The notes: a model not told the origin generated them from the sequence alone. A stretch of DNA of 37,848 bases from Octopus sinensis (GCF_006345805.1 NW_021836816.1:1-37848); one strand, 5' to 3'. Numbered from the stretch's first letter, positions 1-11,576 are shown. Numbers and translations: made by a program.

Positions 1-491
1 CATATATATTGCACTATAACAGTGTGTATGTATGTATGAATGCGGGTGTGTATGCATAATATGTGTGTGTGTATGTTTGTGTGTCTGTGTATGTTTATGG
101 TAGGTGCGTGTTTAAGTTTGTATGTTATATTTACCGTTACATATACAATGCACACTTATTAGTTTGTAAATAGTGCGTGTGTGTGTGTGTGTGTATAAGA
201 ATGCAGGCATGTGTGTGGGCATATATACATGTGTGTGTATGTGTGTTAGTGTGTGCGTAAGAACGCACATATGTCTAAACAGACTTCTGTATACATACGA
301 ATATGAATAGCTTAAAATCAATGATATCGATAAATAATACGCACACATATATATATACATAATGTTTCACTTTGAAGATTATTCTGTGTATATAAATACA
401 TAAAAAAAAATATGTCTGCATGTATGTATTAAGCGATGTGTACATGCATATGCATATATAAATACACGTGTGTATGTGTACATATATATAG

Positions 492-932
492 TTCTTTACT
501 ACCCACAAGGGGCTAAATATAGAGAAGACAAACAAGGACAGACAAAGGGATCAAGTCGATTATATCGACCCCAGTGCGTAACTGGTACTTAATTTATCGA
601 CCTCGAAAGGATGAAAGGCAAAGTCGACCTCGGCGGAATTTGAACTGAGAACGTAACGGCAGACGAAATACGGCTTCGCATTTCGCCCGGCGTGCTAACG
701 TTTCTTATTTCTTTACTACCCACAAGGGGCTAAACACAGAGAAGACAAACAAGGACAGACAAACGGATTAAGTCGATTACATCGACCTCAGTGCGTAACT
801 GGTACTTAATTTATCGACCTCGAAAGGATGAAAAGGCAAAGTCGACCTCGGCGGAATTTGAACTGAGAACGTTACGGCAGACTAAATACGGCTACGCATT
901 TCGCCCGGCGTGCTAACGTTTCTGCCAGCTCG
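492..932 (-). mobile_element. tRNA-derived SINE family A, head-to-tail dimer (492-705, 706-932)
   Basis: Reverse complement shows A-box-like CGAGCTGGCAGAA, B-box-like GTTCAAATTCC and a central GCCTTTCATCCTTTCG..GTCGATAAATTAAGTACCAG block resembling the Meta/MESC SINE domain (from memory). The same sequence recurs about 20 times in the window. Confidence 0.9.
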
Positions 933-1400
933 TATGTGTATGCGCGTGTCTATGTGCGTGTGTGCGCGTATGCGTTTTTACTGTAATTCTACAAACCTCG
1001 ATATAAACATGCCGTCGTGAAAATCCGTAGCAGTCGTGTATTAAAACGTGTAAAATCCTCTTCATGCATATCTCTGTCTGTCTGTCTGTCGCTTTTTCTT
1101 TTTCTTTAAACAATCCCTGCTTTTTTCTAACTTACAATAAGCCCGTCTGCTTCTCCCCGCTCCTTGCTCTTTACACTTTCACTTTATACACAAACATATA
1201 TATGCATACATATGTATATATATATAAATGTATATCTATATATAATATTAGATTTGTGTGTTGACGTACAGGGAAGTCCCAGAAATATTAATATTCTGTT
1301 GTTACTGACACGTGCGAGCGCGCGCGTGTGTGTATGTGTGTCGGTTTTACAATTTCCTTATCGTAAGTGACAGGGTGTATAACAGACTGTGTAAACAAAC

Positions 1401-1702
1401 TATATATATATACATACATATATATATATAGTATGTGTATATGAGTGTATGTGTGTGTATGTATGTATGTATGTATGTATGTATGTATGTATGTATGTAT
1501 GTATGTATGTGTGTATGTATGTGTGTATGTATGTATGTATATATGTATGTATGTATGTATGTATGTGTGTATGAGTGTATATGTATGTATGTATGTATGA
1601 AAGTATATGTGTATATAAATAGTTGTATATCTATATATGAGCCGAAAATTTGCAGAACCCTTCTGTACGGGCCCGTATTTACTTGAGGAATACCATCACC
1701 AA

Positions 1703-1743
<41 letters not shown>
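1401..1743. repeat. (TATG)n and (CTA)n microsatellites
   Basis: Direct inspection. Confidence 0.95.
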
Positions 1744-1959
1744 GTGCTGCTGTCTGAAGGTATTTTCCTTGTAGTTCCGTACAGTTTCGCCTGCCGTCCC
1801 GTTAGGCTGTGTGAACGAAAATAAACAAAACAGAAACTAGAAAAGGGGCGACGTGTATGACATGCGAACCCACAATGACGTGTTTAATGTGACTGTTTCG
1901 TGGAATGGTGGGGCTGATGATGGAGGGCAGTGGTTTGGAGAAAGAAGATATAAAGAGGG

Positions 1960-2099
1960 CGGATGGGGAGAGAGAAAAGGAGAGAAGGAGAGTGAGTGAG
2001 AGAGAGAGAGAGAGAGAGAGAAAGAAAGAGAGAGGGAGAGAACGAAGCAAGTGTATTAAATGTATTAAAGCCTGTAAGGGGAGAAAGAAATGATCGTAT

Positions 2100-2137
<38 letters not shown>

Positions 2138-2204
2138 ACAGGGAGAGAGAGAAAGTGAAAGGCAGAAAGAGTAAATGATAGAGTGAGAGAGAGTGAGAGA
2201 AAAT

Positions 2205-2236
<32 letters not shown>

Positions 2237-2261
2237 ATGTTCTCAGAAGACACACATGTAG

Positions 2262-2300
<39 letters not shown>

Positions 2301-2400
2301 CACTTGCATATATATGTATGAACATAGATATGTATGAACGTGTATATATATATATATATAATATATATGTGTATGTATGTATATATATATGTATATAAAA

Positions 2401-2434
<34 letters not shown>

Positions 2435-3280
2435 CTCATGTATACATACACACACATACATACACAGATATATACACGTGCTTATATATATGTATGTACA
2501 TGTATAGATATGTATGCACACACACACACACGCACACACACACACATATATATAGGCATGTACACATTATATGTATGGAGGCGCATACATTTGTGTATGT
2601 GTAGGTGTGTATATGTGTGTGTGTGTGTGTCTGTGTGTGTGTTTAATCAACAGGGAGAAAAGAAAATAGCTGCAAAAATAGGGGGGGGGTAAATAATAAT
2701 AATAATAAAAAAACAAAACAATAAACATATTAGAATAAATAAGCAACTCTATCAACAAGTAAAACATAACAAAAAAAAATAAACCCAACTCCATCAACAA
2801 ATGTAACATGATGGGAAAGTAATGAGAGGAAGAAAGAAGGAAAGAAAGAGAGGGAGGGAGGAAGAGAGGAAGAGAGAAAAAGAGGGAGAGAGAAAGAGGG
2901 AGAGAAAAAGAGATGGAGAGTGTATGAGAAAGAGAAGAAAAGGGTACAATAAGATGAAGATGAGATGTGAAGGGGAAAGCAAAAATATTGTGGAAAAATG
3001 TAACACAAATGTAACACACACACACACATATTTATATACACACACACACATATATTTATATGTGTGTGTTTGTGTGTATGTATGCATGTAGAAATATATG
3101 TGTGAGTGCGTGTGTATGTGTGAGTGCGTGTGTATGTGTGAGTGCGTGTGTATGTGTGTGTGTGTAAATATTAAAGTAATGTGCTTGTATTGAAGATACA
3201 AACATAACAGAAGAAAGAGGGAGCGAGCGAGAGAGAGAGAGAGAGAATGATAAAGAGAGAGAGAGAGAGAATGATAAAGT

Positions 3281-3313
<33 letters not shown>

Positions 3314-3404
3314 TTGGAGAAAAACAGACAGACGGATAGATGGATAGACACTAAAAAATTGTTTCAGGCACATATGTAAAAAGAGAGAATTTGTGTGTGT
3401 GTGT

Positions 3405-3448
<44 letters not shown>

Positions 3449-3583
3449 GGAGAAAGAAGACAGATGAAAACAGAGATAGACATTCAGACAGATAGATAGG
3501 TAGATAGATAGATTGAGAGAGAGAGAGAGAGAGACAGAGAGAGAGAGACAGAGAGAGAGAGAGGGAGAGACAGACAGACAGAC

Positions 3584-3632
<49 letters not shown>

Positions 3633-3633
3633 C

Positions 3634-3673
<40 letters not shown>

Positions 3674-3701
3674 GTAGATAGATAGATAGATAGATAGATA
3701 C

Positions 3702-3750
<49 letters not shown>

Positions 3751-3830
3751 CAGAGAGAGAGAGAGAGAGGGGCAGAGAAAGAGAAGGAGAGACAGACAGA
3801 GATAGACAGATACAGAAAGAGACCGAAAGA
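1960..3830. repeat. Compound (GA)n/(CA)n/(TA)n/(GATA)n microsatellite region
   Basis: Direct inspection; long (GATA)n at about 3585-3750. Confidence 0.95.
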
Positions 3831-4472
3831 GTCGGAGAGAAAGAAAAAACTTGGGAGTCTTCTACAGGTCCATAACTTGCTGTTCCGATTGGTTAACACC
3901 ACTCCAACCCCCTACTTCTGCTTTCCCATACAACCACCTCCCCGCTTCCTCCTCATCTACACCCCCACACCATTACATAGCACACACCACCGCCACCACC
4001 ACCCTACCACCACTACCACCACCACCACCACCACCACCACCACCATCTTCACGTATCACTTCCGACCTCTCCCCACGTACACACACACCTCACCACCTAC
4101 AACCTCTTCCCTTCTTCACATATCACCTCCGCCTTCTTCCACTCGAGTACACGCATCGTCATTTTCAGTGCTTGCGTGCACACACATACATACATACATA
4201 CATACACACATACACACATATATACACATATATACACATACATGTATATGCATCTGCATGCCTATACACACCGCAGTCATTATGCACAATTACACATGAA
4301 TCTGCATACAGAGTGATACACACCTAACTATATCTTCATCACAATGGTAGACATACCATAATTATATACACACTCTCCCAATATACATACCTTAATGATA
4401 TATACACTGTTTCTGCTCTATACATAGACAGATGCCTATTTATTGTGTCACACATCAACTATATATGTATAT

Positions 4473-4518
<46 letters not shown>

Positions 4519-4596
4519 TGTGTGTGTGTTTGTTTGTGTGTGTATGTATATACATACACACATATATGCATACATACATACATATATACATATACA

Positions 4597-4657
<61 letters not shown>

Positions 4658-4660
<3 letters not shown>

Positions 4661-4811
4661 AAGGAGTGGCTGTGTGGTAAAAAGCTTGCCTTCCAACCAC
4701 ATGGTTCCAGGTTCAGTTCCACCCTGGGCAAGTGTCTTTCTCTACAGTCTCGGCCGACCAAAGCCTTGTGGGTGGAATAATTGGTAGACGGAAACTGAAG
4801 GAAACGACCGT

Positions 4812-4814
<3 letters not shown>
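4658..4814 (+). mobile_element. SINE family B, diverged 5' half
   Basis: tRNA-like head GGAGTGGCTGTGTGG...GGTTCAGTTCC and CORE-like CTGGGCAAGTGTCTT; homologous to 4857-5268. Confidence 0.85.
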
Positions 4815-4856
<42 letters not shown>

Positions 4857-4859
<3 letters not shown>

Positions 4860-5268
4860 AAGGAGTGGCTGTGTGGTAAGTAGCTTGCTTACTAACCACA
4901 TGGTTCCGGGTTCAGTCCCACTGCGTGGCATCTTGGGCAAATGTCTTCTACTATAGCCTCGGGCCGACCAAAGCCTTGTGAGTGGATTTGGCAGACGGAA
5001 ACTGAAAGAAGCCCGTCGTATATATATGTATGTAGATATGTATGTGTGTGTATGTCTTTGTGTGTCTGTGTTTGTTCCCTCCAACATCGCTTGACAACCG
5101 ATGCTGGTGTGTTTACGTCCCCGTAACTTAGCGGTTCGGCAAAAGAGACCGATAGAATAAGTACTGGGCTTACAAAGAATAAGTCCTGGAGTCGATTTGC
5201 TCGACTAAAGGCGGTGCTCCAGCATGGCCGCAGTCAAATGACTGAAACAAGTAAAAGAGTAAAAGAGT
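4857..5268 (+). mobile_element. SINE family B, full length (tRNA head, CORE-like block, internal TA/TG microsatellite, GTAAAAGA-repeat tail)
   Basis: A box TGGCTGTGTGG and B box GGTTCAGTCCC; a highly similar inverted copy lies at 33605-34049. Confidence 0.9.
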
Positions 5269-5529
5269 GTATATATATATATATATACATGTATGTGTGT
5301 GTGTGTGTGAATGAACAGTATCTGTGTGTATATCATATATGGATCTATATACACATAGATGCACACACACACACATACACGCACTCGTTCCACCGTACAC
5401 CTTAAGGTGTATGTGAGTACGACTTTACTCACATACACACATATATGACGACACACATATACACACACCACACACACAGATTCCATCATTCTCTCCAGCT
5501 CCATATACACTGAGAATTTTACAAGTCAA

Positions 5530-6185
5530 CACACCACCAACACCACCATCGCCACAACCGGTACCACCACCGCCGTCCTCCACCCCCATCAACACCACCG
5601 CCGCCGCCGCCACCATCGTCGCTGCCACCACCACCACCACCAACACCACCTTCGTTCCCTCCACACTACGCCACCACCTCTTCACGCTCTACCTCACATC
5701 ACCACCACTACCACCACCACCACCACATTCGCACATATGCCCTTTTTTTTTATTACACTACACCACTGCCACCGCTACACACACACAACCACACCTTCAC
5801 AACACTATGCCCACCATTTTCATACACCTCTCCCACACAATGTCAACCCGCCCCCGCTTTCATATACATCACTATCTTTTACTACACCACATCACCACCT
5901 TCACACATATCACCACATCGCCCACAGCGCTACGCCACCACCACCACCACCACCACAACCACCACCACCACCGCTATCACCATCACTACCACCACCACCA
6001 CCACTACATCTTTTTCAAACATCACCGCCTCTTTGTTACACCACCACCGCCACCACTGCCGCCGCCACTACCACTTTCGCACAGCCCCCATCTCTTTAGT
6101 TTACCACCGCTGCCTCCACCTTCACACACACATATCACCACCTCGTTACTGCACCACCACTCGTGTCCCCGCCGCCGCCGCTGCC
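5530..6185. repeat. Degenerate (CAC/CCG)n low-complexity tract
   Basis: Direct inspection. Confidence 0.9.
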
Positions 6186-6338
6186 ACTTCGAACTTCATG
6201 TGTAAGAACTCCAATGAAAATCAAAGACAGCCTGACAATGCAAGAGGTAGAGTTCTTGCTGCAGCGAGTTCCAACCATCATAGTTCCAGACACTATCTGG
6301 AAAGTCACCCCCGAAATCCAAAACACACTAACATCACC

Positions 6339-6556
6339 TATTTATTTATTACCCACAAGGGGCTAAACATAGAGGAGACAAACATGGACAGACATAGGTA
6401 TTAAGTCGATTATATCGACCCCAGTGCTTAACTGGTACTTAATTTATCGACCCCGAAAGGATGAAAGGCAAAGTCGACCTTGGCGGAATTTGAACTCACA
6501 ACGTAACGGCAGCCGAAATACCGCTAAGCATTTCGCCCGACGTGCTAACGATTCTG
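6339..6556 (-). mobile_element. SINE family A, slightly 5'-truncated, with 11-bp TSD
   Basis: Homology to family A; CTAACATCACC duplicated at 6328-6338 and 6557-6567. Confidence 0.92.
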
Positions 6557-6622
6557 CTAACATCACCATTCAGCCTAGACACGCACGCACACAGAGACAC
6601 ACACACACGCACACATGCACGC

Positions 6623-6655
<33 letters not shown>

Positions 6656-6759
6656 TGCACACACGTACACACAACTCTATGCTCCTGTGAGGACCATTCA
6701 GAATTGCAAAATTTACCATTCTAAGAGAAAGGATATTTTAAAGAATACGTACTTGCGTG

Positions 6760-6965
6760 TCTTTGCGTTTGTTATCACCAACACCTGTTGGCTTGTTTAC
6801 GTCTTCGTAACTTACCAGTTCGCCAAAATAGTTCCGATGTAATATGTACCAGACTTTTAAAATAAGTATCCGAATTGATGTGTTCGCCTAAAAGAAAAAG
6901 AAAAAAAACTTTCAAGATGGTGCTCCAGCATGGTCGTAGCCCAATGACTGAAAGAAGTAAAAGAC
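6760..6965 (+). mobile_element. SINE family B, diverged 3' half
   Basis: GTTTACGTCTTCGTAACTTA...GGTGCTCCAGCATGGTCGTAG...ATGACTGAAAGAAGTAAAAGA matches 5100-5268. Confidence 0.8.
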
Positions 6966-6974
6966 CAATAATTA

Positions 6975-7190
6975 TTTCCACTATACGCACAAGGCCTGGA
7001 AATTTTAGTGGGGAGTAGGGGTGGAACGGAGACCTAGTCGATTACATCAACACCATTGCCCAACTGGTACCCATTTTATCGACCTCGAAAGGATTAAAGA
7101 GGGCAAGTCGACCTTAGTGCAATTTGAACTCAGAACGTATAGTTGGAAGAAACGCCGCTAAGCATCTTGCCCAGCATGCATACGATTCTA
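6975..7190 (-). mobile_element. SINE family A, old copy with alternative tail (A2)
   Basis: Diverged core plus the GCACAAGGCC..AAATTTT.GGGG tail variant. Confidence 0.8.
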
Positions 7191-7342
7191 ACATCTCACG
7201 ATCTTGACTTTTTAGTAAAATACTAAAAATAAAATATTTAACCTGGCTGAATCCTTAATCTTTCCACAACAAACTGCACATTTCTCATCACATCTGCACA
7301 TACGGTGCACCGACGTAATTATATAGAACAGTATTCTCAATT

Positions 7343-7636
7343 TCGTTTTTGGATTTGGTTTACAAGATTCTTTATGTGAGTTCGTGTGTTGAAGCATATT
7401 CTGTTGTGTCTGGGGAGAGTCATTCTGTTTTTGTGCCTTATAATTTGACACACTCACCGGTAAAATTTCCACTTATTTCTTATTTTTATTTTCCAAAAAG
7501 TCAAGACTATTGAAAAAGTTGCAAGACGCAACGAACATTTTAGGAAAATAAAAATAAGAAATAAGTGGAAATTTTACCGGGTAGTGAGTTAAATTATAAG
7601 GCACAAAAAGAAAATGACTCTCCCCAGACACAACAG
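7343..7636. mobile_element. Asymmetric fold-back insertion (Penelope-like remnant) with 16-bp flanking direct repeat
   Basis: Inverted arms of about 94 bp at 7401-7494 and 7543-7636; AACAGTATTCTCAATT at 7327-7342 and 7632-7647. The Penelope assignment is inference from architecture. Confidence 0.65.
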
Positions 7637-7735
7637 TATTCTCAATTAATGGTCAAGAAAGGAGTACAATTTAGAGCTGCAACACATTCCATAGTTAATA
7701 AATACAAATATCTGTGTATGTACTTGCCTAGATAA

Positions 7736-8348
7736 TATTTTCTACTCTAGGCACAAGGCCCGAAAGTTTGGGGAAGGGTACCAGTCGATTAGATCGACCC
7801 CAGTACGCAACTGGTACTTAATTTATCGACCTCAAAAGGATGACAGGCAAAGTCGACCTCGGCGAAATTTGAACTCAGAATGTAAAGACAGACGAAATAC
7901 CTATTTCTTTACTACTCACAAGGGACTAAACACAGAGAGGACAAACAAGGACAGACAAACGGATTAAGTTTGCGTAACTGGTACTTATTTAATCGACCCC
8001 GAAAGGATGAAAGGCAAAGTCGACCTCGGCGGAATTTGAACCCAGAACGTAACGGCAAACGAAATACCGCTAAGCATTTCGCCCGGCGTGCTAACGATTC
8101 TGCCAGCTCGACGCCTTAAAAGACTGTTGTAGAAGCGTTTTCTAATCTAGTCACAAGGCCCGAAATTTTGGGGGAGGGTGCCAGTCAATAATATCGACCC
8201 CTGTACGCAACTGGTTCTTAATTTATCACCTTCGAAAGGATGAAAGGCAAAGTCGACCTCGGCGGAATTTGAACTCTGAATATAGCGGCAGACGAAATAC
8301 TCGCTAAGCATTTCGCCCGGCTAACGTTTCTGCTTGTTCGCCGCTTTC
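7736..8348 (-). mobile_element. SINE family A composite of three units (7736-7900, 7901-8118, 8138-8348) with 13-bp TSD
   Basis: Three family A cores; CTTGCCTAGATAA at 7723-7735 and 8349-8361. Confidence 0.9.
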
Positions 8349-8514
8349 CTTGCCTAGATAACCAAAACGGTTCAGCCGTACTGCCTACAAAAAATACTGC
8401 AGGACCACGCTAAGAACAGACACCAGAATCATCATCATGGTCATCATGGTTGTCATCGTCATCGTCGTCGTTGCTGCTGTCATCATCACATTAGCATCAT
8501 CGTCATCGTTGACC

Positions 8515-8905
8515 AATCAATCCAACCCAACCCAGTAACCAACCAACCATTCAACAAGTAATCAACCAACCAACCAACCAAACAACCGACGAACCAATCA
8601 ACCAACCAACCAACCATCCATCCAAGCAAACATGCAATTCACCAACCAACCAACCGACCAACCGACCGACCGACCGACCGACCGACCGACCGACCGACCG
8701 ACCGACCGACCGACCGACCAACAACCAACCAGCCAGCCAACCAACCAACCAACCAGCCAACCAACACCAACCAACCAACCAACCAACCAACCAACCAGCG
8801 AACCAACCAGCCAGACAGCTAGCCAACCAACAATTTAGCTAACCAACGAACCAAGCCATCCAGCCAACGAATCAACCAGCCAGCCCGTCAGCCAACCGAG
8901 CAGCC
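8515..8905. repeat. (CCAA)n/(CCGA)n tetranucleotide tract
   Basis: Direct inspection. Confidence 0.95.
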
Positions 8906-9249
8906 GCTTTTATCTTAGTGTATGTAATCAGTTTTAGATTTACTGTGAAGACAAGTTTCTAGTGTGTTAATCCAAACTTAATGAGAGAACGTGATCAGTG
9001 AACAGAACAAGACAGTATTATGTCTACGGCATAGGACAAGACCTTCCCCACTTCAGTCTGTAACCACGACCTCCCCTTCGGCACACCCCACATCCAACCC
9101 CACCACCACCCTTTTAAATTTTTTTTTTTTATACAGAATTACTGTAAACAGATTTTCTGTAAAAATACACAGGGCAGAGATGGGGATGTTGCTGCTGCCG
9201 CAACCGACACCGACACCAGCAGCAGCAGCAGCAGCAGCAGAAGCACCAG

Positions 9250-9299
<50 letters not shown>

Positions 9300-9639
9300 T
9301 AGTAATAATCGTGGGAAGCGTTAGTATCAGTATTCGTAATTGTAGTGGTAGAGGTGTTTGTACTAATTGCTATAGTTGTGGTAGTAGTAGTAAGGTTATT
9401 GTTATTGTTATGATTGTTGTCTCGTTTCAGGACCTCTTCCCAAGTAAGTGCTACATAAAAATAAAAAAACTATAATAATTTTTAAAGAGCGATTCGTTGT
9501 TTAGCCTGAGGTCAGTCGTAACAGAGTAAGATCAATGATGATGAAAAGCATGAATGCCGCGACTATACCATCTTCTCTACAGACGAGTGCATCTGAGACT
9601 ATAAAGATCCATGAAACAATGCGTCAGTACCTTTCCCAG

Positions 9640-10435
9640 ATATCTCATCTCGTCTCATCTTCGTCCACAAAATCCGGAAAGGGTCGTGGGTTCAGAGCCC
9701 TCAAACACGCCTTCCATCGGGTCCTGTCAGAAGCAACCATCTCCAACTGATCCGGCTGGATACTTAAGCGAGATCACCCCGAGCTCAAGGATATCATCCA
9801 ACCATCGTGGCGGAGGCGGGTGGCTTAGTGGTGAGGGTGTTGGGGCTCATGATCGTAAGATCGTGGTTTCGATTCCTGGACCGGTCGACGCGTTGTGTTC
9901 TAGAGCAAAACACTTCATTTCACGTTGCTCCAGTCTACAGAGCCTGCAGAAATGAGTAACCGTGCGACGGACCGGTGTCCCGTCCGGTGGGAAATATATA
10001 CGCCATGAAACCGGGTAAGTGGTCCCTGTGAGTCAGCATGACTCGAGAAGTCAACTTCACCTTTATTTCTTTATCCAACCATCTTGCTCGTGGTTAACCC
10101 ATCGGTTGGGTTTGCCCGTAAAACCTCTCCAGCGATCCTTTCTCAAAGCATTCTTACCACACGTCTGTAGAATCAGTGCTGTAATATCTCTATTCGGAGA
10201 AGCAGCGGCTCCACATGGAGCTTCTCTCCAATCTCCGAGCTACGCATTCCATTGACTAACGTTACTTCAAGGACCCTTGAGAGTAACGCCATCTCGACAG
10301 CTTGTATTTGTGATCGTATTCTTTTGGCCATTACCCAAGATTCATGACCATAAGTAAGGGTAGGCACGAACTCTGAACTGAAGATAACGAGCTTTTACAC
10401 CTACCAGCTTTTTTCTTATGACCGAACGCTGAATT
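9640..10435 (-). mobile_element. RTE-clade LINE (Rex3/Expander-like) 3' fragment, interrupted by SINE D
   Basis: Translation PTLTYGHESWVMAKRIRSQIQAVEM...VEPLLLRIE...PRARWLD continues beyond the SINE as RWLDDI...VASDR..W, a typical RTE C-terminus with frameshifts and stops. Confidence 0.85.
9810..10072 (+). mobile_element. tRNA-derived SINE family D with 11-bp TSD
   Basis: A box TGGCTTAGTGG and B box GTTTCGATTCC; ATCCAACCATC at 9796-9806 and 10073-10083; homologue at 16175-16430. Confidence 0.88.
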
Positions 10436-10966
10436 ACACCTTTTCCAGACATTAAAGTGAAATTAGAAGCCGAATGGTGTGCTCATTATCCTCTCAGCCT
10501 CTTCACCACGCGACCGCTTTCATCACGACTACAAAACAGAGCAATACTATTTGTCTCGCTTTGTCACTGGCGAGCAATCTTCGGGATAGACTCGGCCGTT
10601 AGCAGGTTTTGCCTTATACACAACAGCTGTTCATCTCACTGCTTGGTCACTGCAAGAGTACATGCAGTACAGTTTTGTCTCTCAGCGCGGATCCTCACCA
10701 GTCCTACCTGGCGGCGCTTTTGTGCTGGTACAGTTTATCTCGAAGATGTAGTGCTCCTCAGTAGTACTGCCCCATTAAGGATTTCTAGAAATTCCCGTAG
10801 TAATCTTCAGCTAGTCCCCGTAGACGTTTAAAGTTTCTCCGATACTACCCATGCTAGTCTTGTATATACTGATAAAGTAGAACTACCACCTATTGCATTG
10901 CTTTCCGAGTAAAAGGCGGTGAGCTCCTGACAACATTCCAAATGTCAATAAAAAAAATAATAATAA

Positions 10967-11105
10967 GCACAAGGCTTGAAATTTTGGGGGAGGGGACTAG
11001 TCGATTACATCGACCCCAGTACTGGTACTTAATTTATCGACCACGAAAGCAGAAAAGGCAAAGTCGACCTCAGCGGAGATTGAACTCAGAATGTAGCGAC
11101 GGGAA
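10967..11105 (-). mobile_element. SINE family A (A2 tail), 5'-truncated
   Basis: Homology to the family A core. Confidence 0.85.
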
Positions 11106-11106
11106 C

Positions 11107-11200
<94 letters not shown>

Positions 11201-11228
11201 AATAATAATAATAATAATGATAATAAAC

Positions 11229-11278
<50 letters not shown>

Positions 11279-11283
11279 GTAAT
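11107..11283. repeat. (AAT)n/(GAT)n microsatellite
   Basis: Direct inspection. Confidence 0.95.
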
Positions 11284-11333
11284 GAACGCAAACAAACGAA
11301 GTTTGCTTTAGAAGCGTTGAGATGTCTTAGAAA

Positions 11334-11576
11334 GTTAAAGAAGTGATTTTTAAGTTCTCAAACGCAGGATAATGATAATAATATAGCCTGAACTATGGGT
11401 GTGGTCGATTTAGCCTAATGGTTCAGAGCACCGCGATGTGCAATCACGGAGGTGTGAGTTCGAGTCTCATAGCCGGCCGCCAACACTTTTTTCCGCAAAA
11501 TAGGTTTAGCTTATCCTGTTCAGGCTATATTATTAGCATTATTCTGCGTTTGAGAATTTAAAATCACTTCATTAAC
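11334..11576. mobile_element. Small inverted-repeat element enclosing a tRNA-like sequence
   Basis: Arms 11334-11393 and 11518-11576 are reverse complements with few mismatches. Confidence 0.75.
11403..11492 (+). pseudogene. tRNA-like Pol III cassette (non-canonical cloverleaf, CCA, T6 terminator)
   Basis: A box TAGCCTAATGG, T arm GTGAG-TTCGAGT-CTCAT, anticodon-like arm CCGCGA-TGTGCAA-TCACGG, imperfect acceptor GGTCGATT/AGCCGGCC, then GCCA and TTTTTT at 11487-11492. Confidence 0.65.

Noticed and set aside
473-940. TATGTGTA as TSD of the first SINE dimer
   Set aside because: Low-complexity match that is not flush with the element end.
1766-1788. Resemblance of TTCCTTGTAGTTCCG to miR-10/miR-993 5p arms
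   Set aside because: The seed does not match and there is no local ~60-nt precursor hairpin.
6186-6338. Possible exon in unique sequence
   Set aside because: No recognisable motif or convincing splice-site pair, and it is interrupted by a SINE.
11403-11482. Functional tRNA-Ala(TGC) gene
   Set aside because: Mismatched acceptor and D stems and no U33; kept only as tRNA-like.
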